NCBI GenBank assembly: GCA_947175175.1
Contig: CAMWLV010000001.1
Location: forward strand, 2,358 to 66,357
Direction of reading: 5' to 3'
Length of the DNA stretch: 64,000 nucleotides
Source of the DNA: an uncultured Lachnospiraceae bacterium
GTDB taxonomy: Bacteria > Bacillota > Clostridia > Lachnospirales > Lachnospiraceae
Below the pieces are notes generated by a model. It saw only the letters and a list, made by a program, of their open reading frames with translations. It searched no databases and was not told where the DNA came from. How positions within the stretch are numbered: the stretch's first letter is position 1; each line of letters starts with the position of its first letter. The translations under genes were made by a program, and so were the position numbers. This document shows positions 1 through 11,182 of the stretch, piece after piece.

Positions 1-1342
1 TTTTTACAAGTTCTGCCAATGGATCCTGCAGACGCCTTGCGATGGAGGCTGCACTTCTCTGTCCCACGTCAAAGTTCGGGAACTCCTCTGTCGCAAGTTT
101 ACTTGCCGAATAGACAGAAGCGCCCGCCTCATTTACGATGACATACTGAACTGGTGTATCAAGCTCCTTGATCAGCTCTACAATAACCTGCTCCGACTCG
201 CGCGATGCAGTACCGTTTCCCACGGAAATCAGACTTACATTGTACTTGCTGATCAGCTTTTTCAGCTCCTTTTTTGCCTCTTCAACCTTGTTCTGGGGCG
301 CTGTCGGATAAATGACCTTGGTATCAAGTACTTTTCCTGTCGCATCTACTACGGCAAGCTTACAGCCTGTCCGAAATGCAGGATCCCAGCCAAGAACTAC
401 CTTGCCGGCAATTGGAGGCTGCATGAGAAGCTGCTCTAAGTTCTTGCCAAATACTGCGATTGCCCCGTCCTCCGCCTTTTCTGTAAGCTCGTTTCTGATG
501 TCGCGCTCGATTGCAGGCGCGATCAACCTGTTATAGCTGTCTGCAATGGTCTCCTGCAATGCCGGTGTTGTATTTTCGTTGTCCTTTGTGATGAGTTTCT
601 TCTCGAGGAAACGGATAATGCGCTCTGTGGGCGCCTCGATCTTGACAGTGAGAACCTTTTCATTCTCTCCTCTGTTGAGCGCAAGAACTCTGTGCCCTGC
701 AACTTTATTAACAGGCTCCTCAAAATTATAGTACATCTCATATACGCTCTGTGCCTTTGCATCTTTTGCTGTACTTGTAATCTTTCCCTCTTCGAAAGTT
801 GCTTGTCGGATATAGGTTCTGTAATCGGCCTCATCTGATATCATTTCTGCGATAATATCCATCGCACCCTGCAGGGCTTCCTTTACATTGCCGACTCCCT
901 TTTCCTCACTTACATAGCTCTCTGCCTCTACAAGCAACGATTTTGCCGTCTCCTGTGCAAGGATAATGTCTGCCAGCCCGTCGAGTCCTTTCTCCTTGGC
1001 AACACTGGCGCGCGTTTTTCTCTTTGGTCTGTATGGAAGATATAGGTCATCAACAGCGACGATCGTCTCTGCCGCAAGAATTTTTGCCTTCAACTCATCC
1101 GTGAGCTTGCCCTGCTCTTCGATACTTCCAAGTACCTGCTCCTTTTTCTCCTCCAGATTTCTGAGATATCCCAGCCTCTCATTGAGGTTTCGCAGTACTT
1201 CGTCATTGAGCGAACCTGTAACCTCCTTGCGGTATCTGGAGATAAAAGGAATGGTGTTTCCCTCATCTATCAATTTGACAGCAGCTTCGACCTGCCACTT
1301 TTCCACGTTTAGTTCTTCCTTTAGCTTTAAAATGATATCCAT
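1..1342 (-). CDS. tex: Tex-family RNA-binding transcriptional accessory protein, 5' part (runs off the window start)
   Basis: Manual translation from ATG at 1342: MDIILKLKEELNVEKWQVEAAVKLIDEGNTIPFISRYRKEVTGSL..., later VLGWDPAFRTGCKLAVVD (YqgF-like domain). Absent from the ORF track because the stop lies outside the window. Confidence 0.93.
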   Translation of the reverse strand, partial: MDIILKLKEELNVEKWQVEAAVKLIDEGNTIPFISRYRKEVTGSLNDEVLRNLNERLGYLRNLEEKKEQVLGSIEEQGKLTDELKAKILAAETIVAVDDLYLPYRPKRKTRASVAKEKGLDGLADIILAQETAKSLLVEAESYVSEEKGVGNVKEALQGAMDIIAEMISDEADYRTYIRQATFEEGKITSTAKDAKAQSVYEMYYNFEEPVNKVAGHRVLALNRGENEKVLTVKIEAPTERIIRFLEKKLITKDNENTTPALQETIADSYNRLIAPAIERDIRNELTEKAEDGAIAVFGKNLEQLLMQPPIAGKVVLGWDPAFRTGCKLAVVDATGKVLDTKVIYPTAPQNKVEEAKKELKKLISKYNVSLISVGNGTASRESEQVIVELIKELDTPVQYVIVNEAGASVYSASKLATEEFPNFDVGQRSAASIARRLQDPLAELVK

Positions 1343-1551
1343 AGCTTAACTTTTCCTTCTTTACTTAAATATTGAAATATAAATTTATTGTTATTTCAGC
1401 TGATGGCTGAATAGTTCAATTATAAAGGAAAATCACGTATGATTCAAGAAAATTTCACTTGGATTTCATTGTTTTATTGTATTAAACATGATACAATGGG
1501 TTACAGTTTTATTCGTTATACTATCTATCCAACAAGAAAGGACTGAACATT

Positions 1552-2391
1552 ATGCAGCAGCCACAATATAAAAGCAACTTTGAGATAAAATTCCTGGCAA
1601 GAATGCAGACTAGCCAGCATATGGGAATACTGCTTGGAACAATACTGTTAAAGTTTATCATCACCTTTATGGCGGTAAATCTTGTCTCGACTCTAATTCC
1701 CACAACAACTGCAATAGGGTTTGCCGTCAATTACATTCTGGTATTTGCCGTGCAGGTAATCTCCTCTGTGCTTAATGTCGGAGCGTCTTTTATCTTTTTG
1801 AAATCAGCATGTAGTATGCCAAGCACCATCGGGGATTTATTCTGCGGTTTCCAGCAAAACACCGTCAAGATACTCAAAATTGGAGCTGTGATCGCTGTCA
1901 TTGAATCCATCTGCATGATCCCACTTGAAATCGCGTCAGCACAATATGCAGAGATTATCAATTCCATTCCTCTTTTTAGCGGAGGCAATGCCAATGATCT
2001 CAGTTTCTTCCTTGCTGGCAGCTCTGTGAATAGCAATGAACTTTTGGAAGCATACAGTATTTTATCCAGCGCTTCTATGAGATTTTATCTCATCATGTTT
2101 GTGTGCTCCGCAGTTTCACTAATATTGACACTGCCTTTTTTTCCAGCGTTTTACATGATATTGGACTTTCCTAACTGGAGTGCCACTACAATCCTGAAAA
2201 AATGCTTTGAGGTCATGAATGGAAACAAACTTCGGCTATTTATGTTATATCTGGGTTTCATCCCTTCATTTCTGCTCAGCATTTTTACCTGCGGCATCTC
2301 ACTGATCTGGGTGATTCCCTATATGAATATGGCATTGACAAACTTCTATTTGGATATTATGTCCGTGCGGAACAAGACCGTGAACAGTTAG
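1552..2391 (+). CDS. Integral membrane protein, DUF975-like
   Basis: 279-aa hydrophobic ORF with the C-terminal pattern KKCFEVMNGNKLRLFMLYLGFIP...WVIPYMNMALTNFY; AAGGA RBS upstream. Confidence 0.75.
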   Translation: MQQPQYKSNFEIKFLARMQTSQHMGILLGTILLKFIITFMAVNLVSTLIPTTTAIGFAVNYILVFAVQVISSVLNVGASFIFLKSACSMPSTIGDLFCGFQQNTVKILKIGAVIAVIESICMIPLEIASAQYAEIINSIPLFSGGNANDLSFFLAGSSVNSNELLEAYSILSSASMRFYLIMFVCSAVSLILTLPFFPAFYMILDFPNWSATTILKKCFEVMNGNKLRLFMLYLGFIPSFLLSIFTCGISLIWVIPYMNMALTNFYLDIMSVRNKTVNS

Positions 2392-2415
2392 GAATTGTTA
2401 ATATATGCAATATAA

Positions 2416-2458
2416 AAATACCTGGTCAATTCATTCGATGAATTGATATCAGGTATTT
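2416..2458. terminator. Probable bidirectional intrinsic terminator
   Basis: Inverted repeat AAATACCTG-GTCAATTCAT/ATGAATTGAT-ATCAGGTATTT between two convergent genes. Confidence 0.65.
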
Positions 2459-2466
2459 ATATTGCA

Positions 2467-3315
2467 CTACTGTCTGTTATAGTAGTCTATATTTGCTTTA
2501 AAATAAGTTCTTATAAATCCATCTGTGGAAACAACAACAAATTCATTTGTACTTTCAACAAAATAAACATCATCTCCGTCTTCTGCTTCGAGCTTATGCA
2601 GCGCTTCCGGATTTTGAATGACATTATTGGCACCCGACAGATATTCCTCCTCTGTCTCATAAGGGAACTCTGCCCCATGTTTTTCGAAGTGCTCTGTCAG
2701 GTACTGCGCCTTTCTAAAGCTATAGATTACATCTGAGGTTTCCTGCAAAGTCTCCAATGCTATTTCAGAACCTACGATTATATCTGTGTCGTCTGATACC
2801 CCTTGCCCTGCTTGTTCCTCTGACAGTTGTACTGTCGCATCATCCCATATCTGCTGCTCGTGTTCACTTTCTAACCACCCTGATGTCGATGACTGCTGTT
2901 CATTCACAAAGGTTTCACTTGCCACGTCAAGCAACAGTTCGTCCGTTAACTCCTGCTCCTCCGTTCGCGGCATTTCCACTGCTGCAAAATCTGTCGATGA
3001 GGATATACTCTCATCCGAAATTGATAAAAAATTTTTTATTCCAAAGACCGCAATTAGCAAAATCACTGCTACAACAGATTTTACGATATGACCTTTGTCG
3101 TTTCCACAATTGCCATTCTCTCTGTTATGCTGCGGCGAATCACTCATGCTGCTTTTCTCTTTCGCTGTTTTCTGTACCTTATCACTCTGTACCTTATTCT
3201 GATTTCTGCATGCCTGACAGCGTTTGGGCAGCTCCAAACCTTTGCTTTTATAAAAACTGATCTCGCTTTCTGACAGCTCAAACTCTTTGCCGCACTGTTT
3301 GCATGTTCTTTTCAT
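2467..3315 (-). CDS. Zinc-ribbon, single-TM protein with an acidic linker and a C-terminal toxin/RNase-like domain
   Basis: Start MKRTCKQC...PKRCQAC (CxxC...CxxC); TM VVAVILLIAVFGI; C-terminal HFEKHGAEF...YFVESTNEFVVVSTDGFIRTYFK. The ORF-track start at 3354 lies inside the repeat element. Confidence 0.7.
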   Translation of the reverse strand: MKRTCKQCGKEFELSESEISFYKSKGLELPKRCQACRNQNKVQSDKVQKTAKEKSSMSDSPQHNRENGNCGNDKGHIVKSVVAVILLIAVFGIKNFLSISDESISSSTDFAAVEMPRTEEQELTDELLLDVASETFVNEQQSSTSGWLESEHEQQIWDDATVQLSEEQAGQGVSDDTDIIVGSEIALETLQETSDVIYSFRKAQYLTEHFEKHGAEFPYETEEEYLSGANNVIQNPEALHKLEAEDGDDVYFVESTNEFVVVSTDGFIRTYFKANIDYYNRQ

Positions 3316-3321
3316 AAATAT

Positions 3322-3379
3322 ACCCCTGCGTGATCTGGCACGCATACCAATCAATAGTTTGAAAGTGACCTTCTTTCAA
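3322..3379 (-). repeat. Dispersed two-hairpin intergenic element, copy 1
   Basis: Minus strand TTGAAAGAAGGTCACTTTCAAACTATTGATTGGTATGCGTGCCAGATCACGCAGGGGT; near-identical to the copies at ~35620, ~55959 and ~61295. Confidence 0.92.
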
Positions 3380-3388
3380 GCTTGCCTC

Positions 3389-4505
3389 CTATTGTGCCGC
3401 TCCGTTGTTCTTCCACTTCAAAAAGGCATTAATAAATCCATCCAGTGCGCCGTCCATAACTGCATCCACGTTTCCCGACTCAAAGTTCGTCCTGTGGTCT
3501 TTTACCATGGTATAGGGCTGCATAACATACGAGCGAATCTGATTGCCCCAGCCGATTTCTTTCACTTCGCCTCGTATGTCAGAAAGCTTCTCTGCATTTG
3601 CCTCTTGTTTTAACAAGAACAATTTTGCCTTCAGCATTTGCATCGCCTTGTCCTTGTTCTGGAATTGAGAACGTTCGTTCTGGCATTGTACAACTGTTCC
3701 TGTCGGAATGTGGGTGATACGAATCGCTGAAGAGGTCTTGTTAATATGCTGACCACCGGCACCGCTGCTTCGGTATGTGTCAATACGCAAGTCATCTTCG
3801 TTAATCTCTACGTCCAGATCTTCCTCAATATCGGGCATGACGTCAAGCGATACAAAAGAGGTCTGACGTTTTCCCTGTGCATTAAATGGCGAGATCCTCA
3901 CAAGTCTGTGCACGCCTTTCTCTGATTTGAGATATCCGTAAGCATTCTCACCGTTTACCTGAAAGGTAATGGATTTGATGCCTGCCTCGTCACCGTCAAG
4001 AAAATCCAGCACATCGATGGAAAATCCTTTTCGCTCTGCCCATCTGGTGTACATGCGGTAAAGCATTCCTGCCCAGTCGCAGCTCTCTGTGCCGCCTGCA
4101 CCTGCGTTCAGTTTCAGGATCGCATTGCACTTGTCATATTCCTCTGATAACAGCGTGCTGATGCGGAGTGCCTCAAACGTCTCGATAAAATTGTCCAATT
4201 CTTCCCGAATCTCTGGTATCATCTCGGCATCTTCCGCCTCATATGCCATCTCGATCAATGTCTCAATATCCTCATACTGTGACTTGAGTCCATTGCACTG
4301 GTCGACTGTACTTTTAAGCTGTTTTAATTCCTTCATTTGTCTGTTGGAGCGGTCTGGATCGTCCCAGAATCCGGGAGCTTCCATCTCACGCTCTAACTCT
4401 TCAATCCGCCTCTCCTTATTAGCGAGGTCAAAGTGAATCCCTCACTTCCGCTAATGGACTTTCGTAGGTCTGTAACTCCTGTTTCATCTGGTCGAGTTCT
4501 ACCAT
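3389..4505 (-). CDS. prfB: Peptide chain release factor 2, programmed +1 frameshift (join 4431..4505, 3389..4429)
   Basis: GGQ and SPF motifs. Upstream 25-codon ORF MVELDQMKQ...VRDSL ends in CTT-TGA-C (4433..4427), preceded by an SD-like AGGGA. Confidence 0.96.
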
Positions 4506-4526
4506 TGCGTTCACCACCTTTTCGTT

Positions 4527-7094
4527 TTATACTTTCCTTCCGCAACATTGCTTATATTTCTTTCCGCTTCCGCACGGGCATGGATCGTTCGGATACACTT
4601 TCGCCTCCGCACGCATCTTCGGTCCTTTCTGCAGTGTCTCATCCTTGTTTGTACCAGTAACCTTCGCCACTTCCTCGCGCTCCACCTTCTGCTCTACCTT
4701 GACATGGAGCAGCATGCGCACTGTATCCTGCTTGATATTTGCTGTCATGGCATCAAACATTTCATAGCCGTTCATTTTATACTCCACAAGCGGATCTCTC
4801 TGACCATACGCCTGCAGACCTACACCCTGTCGCAGCTGATCCATGTCATCAATGTGATCCATCCACTTGCGGTCGATCACTCTCAATAGAATGACACGCT
4901 CAATCTCACGGATGCTCTCCGCTTCGGGGAACTCGGCTTCCTTGCTCTCATAGAGCTTGACAGCCTCCTCTTTCAACTGGTGTTTCAATCCATTCTTTGT
5001 CTTTTTGGAAACACGGTCGAGCACCACCGGATGCAGTGGTACAATCGGGAGCAGAAGTGTATTCAGTTCATTCAAATCCCACTCTTCGGGCTCCAAGTCG
5101 TCATTAATCGCTGTATCCACTGAGCTTTCTACAATATCTGTGATCATCTTGTAGATCACATCACGCATGCTCTCACCGTCAAGAACACGGCGGCGCTCCT
5201 CATAGATGATCTCACGCTGCTCATTCATGACTTGATCGTATTCCAGAAGATTTTTTCTGATACCAAAGTTGTTGCTCTCAATCTTCTTCTGCGCATTCTC
5301 GATCGCGCTTGTGAGCATTTTGTGCTCGATCTCCTGTCCCTCGGGAATCCCCAATGTATTAAACATATTGATCAGACGCTCGGATCCAAACAGACGCATG
5401 AGATCGTCCTCAAGCGAAATATAAAACCGTGACATACCGGGATCGCCCTGACGACCTGCACGGCCGCGCAGCTGATTGTCGATACGCCGTGACTCATGAC
5501 GCTCTGTACCGATGATCATTAGACCACCCGCCGCCCTTGCCTCCTCGTCAAGCTTGATATCCGTACCACGGCCTGCCATGTTCGTCGCGATCGTGACGGC
5601 ACCATGCTGACCGGCATCTGCAACGATCTCCGCCTCAAGCTCATGGAACTTTGCATTTAATACTTTGTGCTGAATGCCGCGCCTTGTGAGCATTTTGCTC
5701 AACTCCTCACTTGCCTCAATTGTGATCGTACCTACAAGCACCGGCTGTCCTGTGGAATGTGCTTTCTCCACCGCATCGACGATTGCCTTCAGCTTCTCTT
5801 TTCTGGTCTTATATACACTGTCCTGATTGTCAATACGCACTACTGGGCGGTTCGTTGGCACGACAACAACATCCATGCCATAGATATCACGAAACTCCTT
5901 TTCTTCAGTAAGTGCCGTACCAGTCATGCCACACTTTTTGTCAAACTTGTTAAAGAAATTCTGGAATGTGATTGTAGCAAGTGTCTTACTCTCACGCTTT
6001 ACCTTGACATGCTCTTTTGCCTCGATTGCCTGATGCAGACCGTCAGAATAACGTCGCCCTGGCATGATACGCCCTGTAAATTCATCGACAATCAAAACCT
6101 CGTCGTCCTTTACCACATAATCCTGGTCTCGGAACATCAGGTTGTGTGCCCTGAGCGCCAATATAATATTGTGCTGTATCTCAAGATTCTCGGGATCTGC
6201 AAGGTTCTCGATCTGGAAAAATTTCTCCACACGCTCCACACCCGCAGCTGTGAGGTTTACGACCTTGTCCTTCTCATTGACGATAAAGTCACCTGTCTCC
6301 TCCTGCTCTGTGCCCATGACATAGTCCATCTTGGTCATCTCAGGAATGTCCTCACCGCGCTTCATCTGTCTTGCAAGGATATCGCACACTTCATAGAGCT
6401 TTGTGGATTTGCTGCTCTGTCCTGATATGATCAGCGGTGTTCTCGCTTCGTCAATCAATACAGAGTCCACCTCGTCGATGATGGCATAGTGCAGATCTCT
6501 CAAAACAAGCTGCTCCTTATAGATTACCATGTTGTCTCGAAGGTAATCAAAACCAAGTTCGTTGTTGGTCACATAGGTGATGTCGCAATTGTATGCCTCC
6601 CGCCTTTCATCAGGCTTCATGTCATTTAGCACAACTCCAACCTTCAGCCCTAAGAACTCGTGCACCTGTCCCATCCACTCGGCATCCCGCTTTGCCAGAT
6701 AATCGTTGACTGTAACTACATGTACACCTTTTCCCTCCAATGCATTCAGATAAGCGGGAAGAAGGGCCGTCTGTGTCTTACCTTCACCAGTCCTCATCTC
6801 TGCAATACGTCCCTGATGCAGAACAATACCACCGATCAGCTGTACTCTGTAATGTTCTTGATTTAGTACACGCTTTGCGCCCTCACGAACGACTGCATAT
6901 GCCTCTGGAAGAATGTCATCAAGGCTGGTGCCCTCCGCCACTCTCTTCTTGAACTCCGCGGTCCTGCCCCGAAGCTCCTCGTCGGTAAGCTTTCCCATCT
7001 CGTCGCGATAACTCTCGATCTTTTTTACGATGGGTTCAATCCTCTTTAATTCGCGTTCGCTGTGTGTACCGAATACTTTTTCTATAATACTCAT
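4527..7094 (-). CDS. secA: Preprotein translocase ATPase SecA
   Basis: [31 protein letters not shown]-terminal [14 protein letters not shown]. Start placed at MSIIEKVFG. Confidence 0.98.
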   Translation of the reverse strand: MSIIEKVFGTHSERELKRIEPIVKKIESYRDEMGKLTDEELRGRTAEFKKRVAEGTSLDDILPEAYAVVREGAKRVLNQEHYRVQLIGGIVLHQGRIAEMRTGEGKTQTALLPAYLNALEGKGVHVVTVNDYLAKRDAEWMGQVHEFLGLKVGVVLNDMKPDERREAYNCDITYVTNNELGFDYLRDNMVIYKEQLVLRDLHYAIIDEVDSVLIDEARTPLIISGQSSKSTKLYEVCDILARQMKRGEDIPEMTKMDYVMGTEQEETGDFIVNEKDKVVNLTAAGVERVEKFFQIENLADPENLEIQHNIILALRAHNLMFRDQDYVVKDDEVLIVDEFTGRIMPGRRYSDGLHQAIEAKEHVKVKRESKTLATITFQNFFNKFDKKCGMTGTALTEEKEFRDIYGMDVVVVPTNRPVVRIDNQDSVYKTRKEKLKAIVDAVEKAHSTGQPVLVGTITIEASEELSKMLTRRGIQHKVLNAKFHELEAEIVADAGQHGAVTIATNMAGRGTDIKLDEEARAAGGLMIIGTERHESRRIDNQLRGRAGRQGDPGMSRFYISLEDDLMRLFGSERLINMFNTLGIPEGQEIEHKMLTSAIENAQKKIESNNFGIRKNLLEYDQVMNEQREIIYEERRRVLDGESMRDVIYKMITDIVESSVDTAINDDLEPEEWDLNELNTLLLPIVPLHPVVLDRVSKKTKNGLKHQLKEEAVKLYESKEAEFPEAESIREIERVILLRVIDRKWMDHIDDMDQLRQGVGLQAYGQRDPLVEYKMNGYEMFDAMTANIKQDTVRMLLHVKVEQKVEREEVAKVTGTNKDETLQKGPKMRAEAKVYPNDPCPCGSGKKYKQCCGRKV

Positions 7095-7314
7095 ATACGG
7101 CTCCAATCTATTCAATCTTTTCATAACCATACTGCCACCTTTGTCAAACATTGTCAAATAAAAACTGTATGGCAGGCATTGTTACAAATATTCCTTTTGC
7201 AGTGTATTTTGATTAACATAAAATCATAACTGCACAAATCAATGACTATTGTAGCAGATAACACGCACAAATTCAATGAATTTTAAATGAACTTTTCCTC
7301 TGTCTGAATCAATC

Positions 7315-8754
7315 TTACTTTTTCCCAATATCTGCAACCTCAAGTTCCATTCCTGGTATGATCACGTCAGGGTTTGTCCCTATCACCGCCTTATTCCTGT
7401 CGTACAAATCCATACACTTCGCACCATCGCCCAGATATTTTTGGGCAATGCGCCAAAGAGAATCACCTTTTTGTACGATGATAACATTCTCTTTTTCTGC
7501 TGTGTCCTCCTCCCGCTGTTCTGCCCTTCTCTCCTGCACATAGTCGGAAAGTTCCCATTCATTCATACAGACAAATATATGCTCATCATTGTCCCATACC
7601 CAGTACCGCGGAGTGGTTCTATAATAGTAATATGAATAGGAAAATTGATCCTCGGCATCTGACTCTGCTACAATATAGTGTTCTGGATATACAATGTGCA
7701 TGTCAAGATATCCGTCCCCATCCATATCCTCAAACCTCAGCGTGTCAATCGCATCCACACACAGGCGCGCTTCCTCAACCTGTAAAATCTCCCCGTTTGC
7801 CGCATCCGACACCTCCATCTTATAAGTATAATCAGCGGAACCAATATCGGGAAGCCTCAATTCCATTGCCTCTCCTTCAAGCTTAAAGCATATCCGCAGC
7901 TCGGGACTGTTCTCCGACAGCGAAACCGTGTATTCTGCTGTCTGCATGATAGCGCACGGTTGTTTGCCCGGAAAATGTGACCATCGGCCATCTTTTCCAG
8001 GAACCTGCGTATAAACTCTGGACGGATTTTCAAGCCTGAGCACGCGCTCATCATGATCTCTCCAGTAAAAAAGCTCGTCGTCCATACCCCAAATGCAGTA
8101 TTTCTCCACACTGGTCAGAATTCCACTCCAGTAAAGATAGTTGATTGGCTTCTTGGTATCTTCGCTGATCTGATTGTCCACACACTCAATCACATAGAGA
8201 AAATCATCTTTTATGAAAACAGTCCATTCCCCAATCCAGGTTCCATCATCATACTCCCGCATCTCACAGACGCTCCCTGTCTCATTCACAAAAGCAGAAA
8301 TATCATGTTTTTCCTCCAGATCATTCCCCCACACCTCCTGCACTTTGTGCCAGATATCCAGATCGTAAACATCATCTGTTTTTACTTTTAGAAAAAGCCA
8401 GTAGTCTGAGGGTTCTGTGTCACTGTGCGCCGCATAATTATTTTTTACGCTTCTATACTGCTCTGTCAGGCTTTCCCTTTCTTCCCCAAATGTCCATTCA
8501 AACTCTGCATGATCCTCCCCGACGGTAATCTCTGCCATAGCGTAATCATATGGCTCCGAATCCGGCATCAGCGACCATGTAAAACTTTCTCGCTCCGTAT
8601 AGTCTGTCACACTGCCCCAGCCATCTTTGATCTGCCTGATCTCATCATCAAAAACAACAACATTCCCTTCCTCCCCACGTGTAAACAAAGCTGCCGACGA
8701 AATACACGCCATGGCAAAAATAGCAACCACCAATGGCTTAACCATCCTCCGCAT
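7315..8754 (-). CDS. Secreted or membrane-anchored protein with C-terminal LysM domain
   Basis: N-terminal hydrophobic segment; C-terminal IIVQKGDSLWRIAQKYLG...NPDVIIPGMELEV; DMDGDGYLD motif. Confidence 0.75.
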   Translation of the reverse strand: MRRMVKPLVVAIFAMACISSAALFTRGEEGNVVVFDDEIRQIKDGWGSVTDYTERESFTWSLMPDSEPYDYAMAEITVGEDHAEFEWTFGEERESLTEQYRSVKNNYAAHSDTEPSDYWLFLKVKTDDVYDLDIWHKVQEVWGNDLEEKHDISAFVNETGSVCEMREYDDGTWIGEWTVFIKDDFLYVIECVDNQISEDTKKPINYLYWSGILTSVEKYCIWGMDDELFYWRDHDERVLRLENPSRVYTQVPGKDGRWSHFPGKQPCAIMQTAEYTVSLSENSPELRICFKLEGEAMELRLPDIGSADYTYKMEVSDAANGEILQVEEARLCVDAIDTLRFEDMDGDGYLDMHIVYPEHYIVAESDAEDQFSYSYYYYRTTPRYWVWDNDEHIFVCMNEWELSDYVQERRAEQREEDTAEKENVIIVQKGDSLWRIAQKYLGDGAKCMDLYDRNKAVIGTNPDVIIPGMELEVADIGKK

Positions 8755-8874
8755 TCCGCTCTCACCATCCTTTCCTCACAAAACAATATCATACTATTAT
8801 GTCTTTATTTTCTTTTATGGGTTAAGTATAGCATAAATACTGTCTGTTAGGAATACCCACCCAAACATAATGGA

Positions 8875-8902
8875 GGGCTATGACTCATTTGAATCATAGC
8901 CC
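8875..8902. terminator. Probable terminator hairpin after the ABC/GNAT operon
   Basis: GGGCTATGA-CTCATTTGAA-TCATAGCCC inverted repeat; U-tract not obvious. Confidence 0.45.
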
Positions 8903-8943
8903 CCACCCAATGAGCGCTCTATTTTCTGGCAGCCTCTTTTTAT

Positions 8944-9426
8944 CTATTGCATCTTTATCTCTTGTCTGCTCATGTATTCCTTCCGCAGAAGCCTCAACAA
9001 TATCATGTCATAGTATCGGTCATCATGAAAATATCCTAACTCCTGGACGCCTTCCAGTTTGTAGCCAGCCTTTTTAAAAAACTGAACCGCAGCCTGGTTG
9101 CAGTCCCCAATCCGCACGGAAATGCGCTGATATGCAAGGCTGTCAAATATATATTTCTCCACCAATTCAAGCGCCTCCAGACCATAGCCCTCCCTGCGGT
9201 TCTGTTCATCGGAAATCACGATCCACAGACCGGTATTTTTCCATGCTGGATTCTGATGTACCATTCCAATCATGCCAATCGGAGCACGGTTCTCCTTGTC
9301 AATAATGACATACCATGTGTCAATGCCATCGTCTGTCATACTGTGTTCCGAGAGCGGGAGCAATACTATTCTCTCTGCTTCTAAATGTTTTTTATGTAAG
9401 GACTTGTTGTTATTCGTGTTTGTCAT
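8944..9426 (-). CDS. GNAT acetyltransferase (RimJ/RimL-like)
   Basis: QNRREGYGLEA acetyl-CoA motif; NQAAVQFFKKAGYKLEG. Start placed at MTNTNN. Confidence 0.8.
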   Translation of the reverse strand: MTNTNNNKSLHKKHLEAERIVLLPLSEHSMTDDGIDTWYVIIDKENRAPIGMIGMVHQNPAWKNTGLWIVISDEQNRREGYGLEALELVEKYIFDSLAYQRISVRIGDCNQAAVQFFKKAGYKLEGVQELGYFHDDRYYDMILLRLLRKEYMSRQEIKMQ

Positions 9427-9472
9427 TCTATCATCTCCGAAAAAATTCCAGCGTTTATTAGATTTGAGGCAT

Positions 9473-11182
9473 TTACACTCCCACCCGTACAACCTCATCT
9501 GCCGCGGCAATCGTACCAGGACGGTGGGCAATCATCAGTATCGTGCGATCCTGCCTCAGCCTTTTGATCGCATCCTGCACAAGCGATTCGGACTCGTTGT
9601 CAAGCGCCGAAGTCGCTTCGTCCAGTATCATGACAGGCGTATTTCTGATAATCGCGCGGGCGATCGCAATCCGCTGCCTTTCCCCGCCCGACAGTGTATT
9701 TCCACGCTCTCCCAGCACTGTGTCATATCCTTTTGGCAGATTCATGATAAATTCATGGGCATTCGCCGCCTTTGCCGCCGCTATGACCTCCTCATGGCTT
9801 GCGCCACATCTGCCATAAGCTATATTTTCGGCAATGCTCACTTCATACAGATAAGGCTCCTGCGGAACATAGGCGATCTGCTCCCTGATTTCCTTTAATG
9901 TAAGGTCGTGGTACTTCTTTCCGCAAATCGACATACACCCTTTCTCCACCGGGTAAAATCCTAATAAAAGCTTCGCCAGTGTACTTTTTCCACAGCCGGA
10001 CTCGCCCACTACCGCCACATAGCTGCCTCTTCTGACTTCCATCGAAAACTGCTCCAAAACCTTTCGTCCATTATCACGATTCCCACCATTATCATAAGAA
10101 AAACTCACATTCCGTATCGACAACATCGTTTTTTCGTCCCCCTCTGCTGCATTGCTATTACAATCGCCGCCCGCTTCAGCCTCCATCTCCCACCGCTCTG
10201 GTTCTTCCGCCATATCGATAAGCTCAAAAATTTTCTCGGCGTTGGCGATGCAGTTCATCATCTGTGGCAGATACTGACCTATTTCCAAAAAAGCATACCG
10301 AAATGTGCCATACAGCGAATAAAGTGCTGTCAACGCCCCCAGGCTCACCCGTCCGAGCGACACAAACCATATACCAATTCCCAGAAATGCCAGTGCGCCA
10401 ATCAGATCCAGCATCTGATTCAGGGATTCCAGTCCCGCGGACAGCCGGTTTGTCCTTTTCTGAATATGAAAGAATTCCCTGTTTGCGTCGTCATACTCCT
10501 CTGTCAGCTTTGTCCCGACTGGAAAAATCTTGATCAGCTCCATGCCAGACAGAATGCTGGTCAGCTTCTCGATCATTATTTTATTTTTGTCAGAAAGGTG
10601 GCTGCCGGCTTGTTTCATGGGCTTTGCAAAAAAGCTGTTTCCCACAAAAGCCAACAGGCTGATTCCAACCATGCAGAACGTGAGTTCCCAACTAAAGTAG
10701 AACATGGGAATGAGATACATGAGTGTCGATAACACCGCAGCGATCAGCCTTCGTAACCTTGATGTGTAAATATCCGAAGCTTTCTGCGTATCGAAAATCA
10801 GGCGTGACATAAAATCGCTGCTGTGGTTGTTCTCATAATAGGACATAGGCAGGCGCATTGCCTTGGAAAACACGAGTTTTTCCACCTTTCCCACACCTGT
10901 TCTCCCCTCGATATTGTAGCGTATAATGCCAAACCGCCAGAGCAGCAGGCAAAGCACAAATACCACAAAATTTCCGAGAACTGGCAGCAGCACATTGTCT
11001 GCATTCTGGTTCTGCGCAGCTGTGACAATATTTTTAATAAGATAAGAATTTGCGAGCCTGCGCCCTGTGTCACCTATCGTAGAAATTAAAATAGCTCCTA
11101 AATAGATCGGAAGCCTGTCATCCATCAGTCTCATAAAACGCCAAAATGTTTTTAAATCAACCTTTTGCATACATTTCCGCAT
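9473..11182 (-). CDS. ABC exporter, fused permease/ATPase half-transporter
   Basis: TM domain plus Walker A GESGCGKST, signature LSGGERQR, Walker B ILDEAT. Confidence 0.92.
   Translation of the reverse strand: MRKCMQKVDLKTFWRFMRLMDDRLPIYLGAILISTIGDTGRRLANSYLIKNIVTAAQNQNADNVLLPVLGNFVVFVLCLLLWRFGIIRYNIEGRTGVGKVEKLVFSKAMRLPMSYYENNHSSDFMSRLIFDTQKASDIYTSRLRRLIAAVLSTLMYLIPMFYFSWELTFCMVGISLLAFVGNSFFAKPMKQAGSHLSDKNKIMIEKLTSILSGMELIKIFPVGTKLTEEYDDANREFFHIQKRTNRLSAGLESLNQMLDLIGALAFLGIGIWFVSLGRVSLGALTALYSLYGTFRYAFLEIGQYLPQMMNCIANAEKIFELIDMAEEPERWEMEAEAGGDCNSNAAEGDEKTMLSIRNVSFSYDNGGNRDNGRKVLEQFSMEVRRGSYVAVVGESGCGKSTLAKLLLGFYPVEKGCMSICGKKYHDLTLKEIREQIAYVPQEPYLYEVSIAENIAYGRCGASHEEVIAAAKAANAHEFIMNLPKGYDTVLGERGNTLSGGERQRIAIARAIIRNTPVMILDEATSALDNESESLVQDAIKRLRQDRTILMIAHRPGTIAAADEVVRVGV

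Noticed and set aside
3322-3379. Repeat element as a CRISPR repeat (GTTTGAAAG resembles repeat 3' ends)
   Set aside because: Copies are solitary and kilobases apart, with no spacers and no cas genes.
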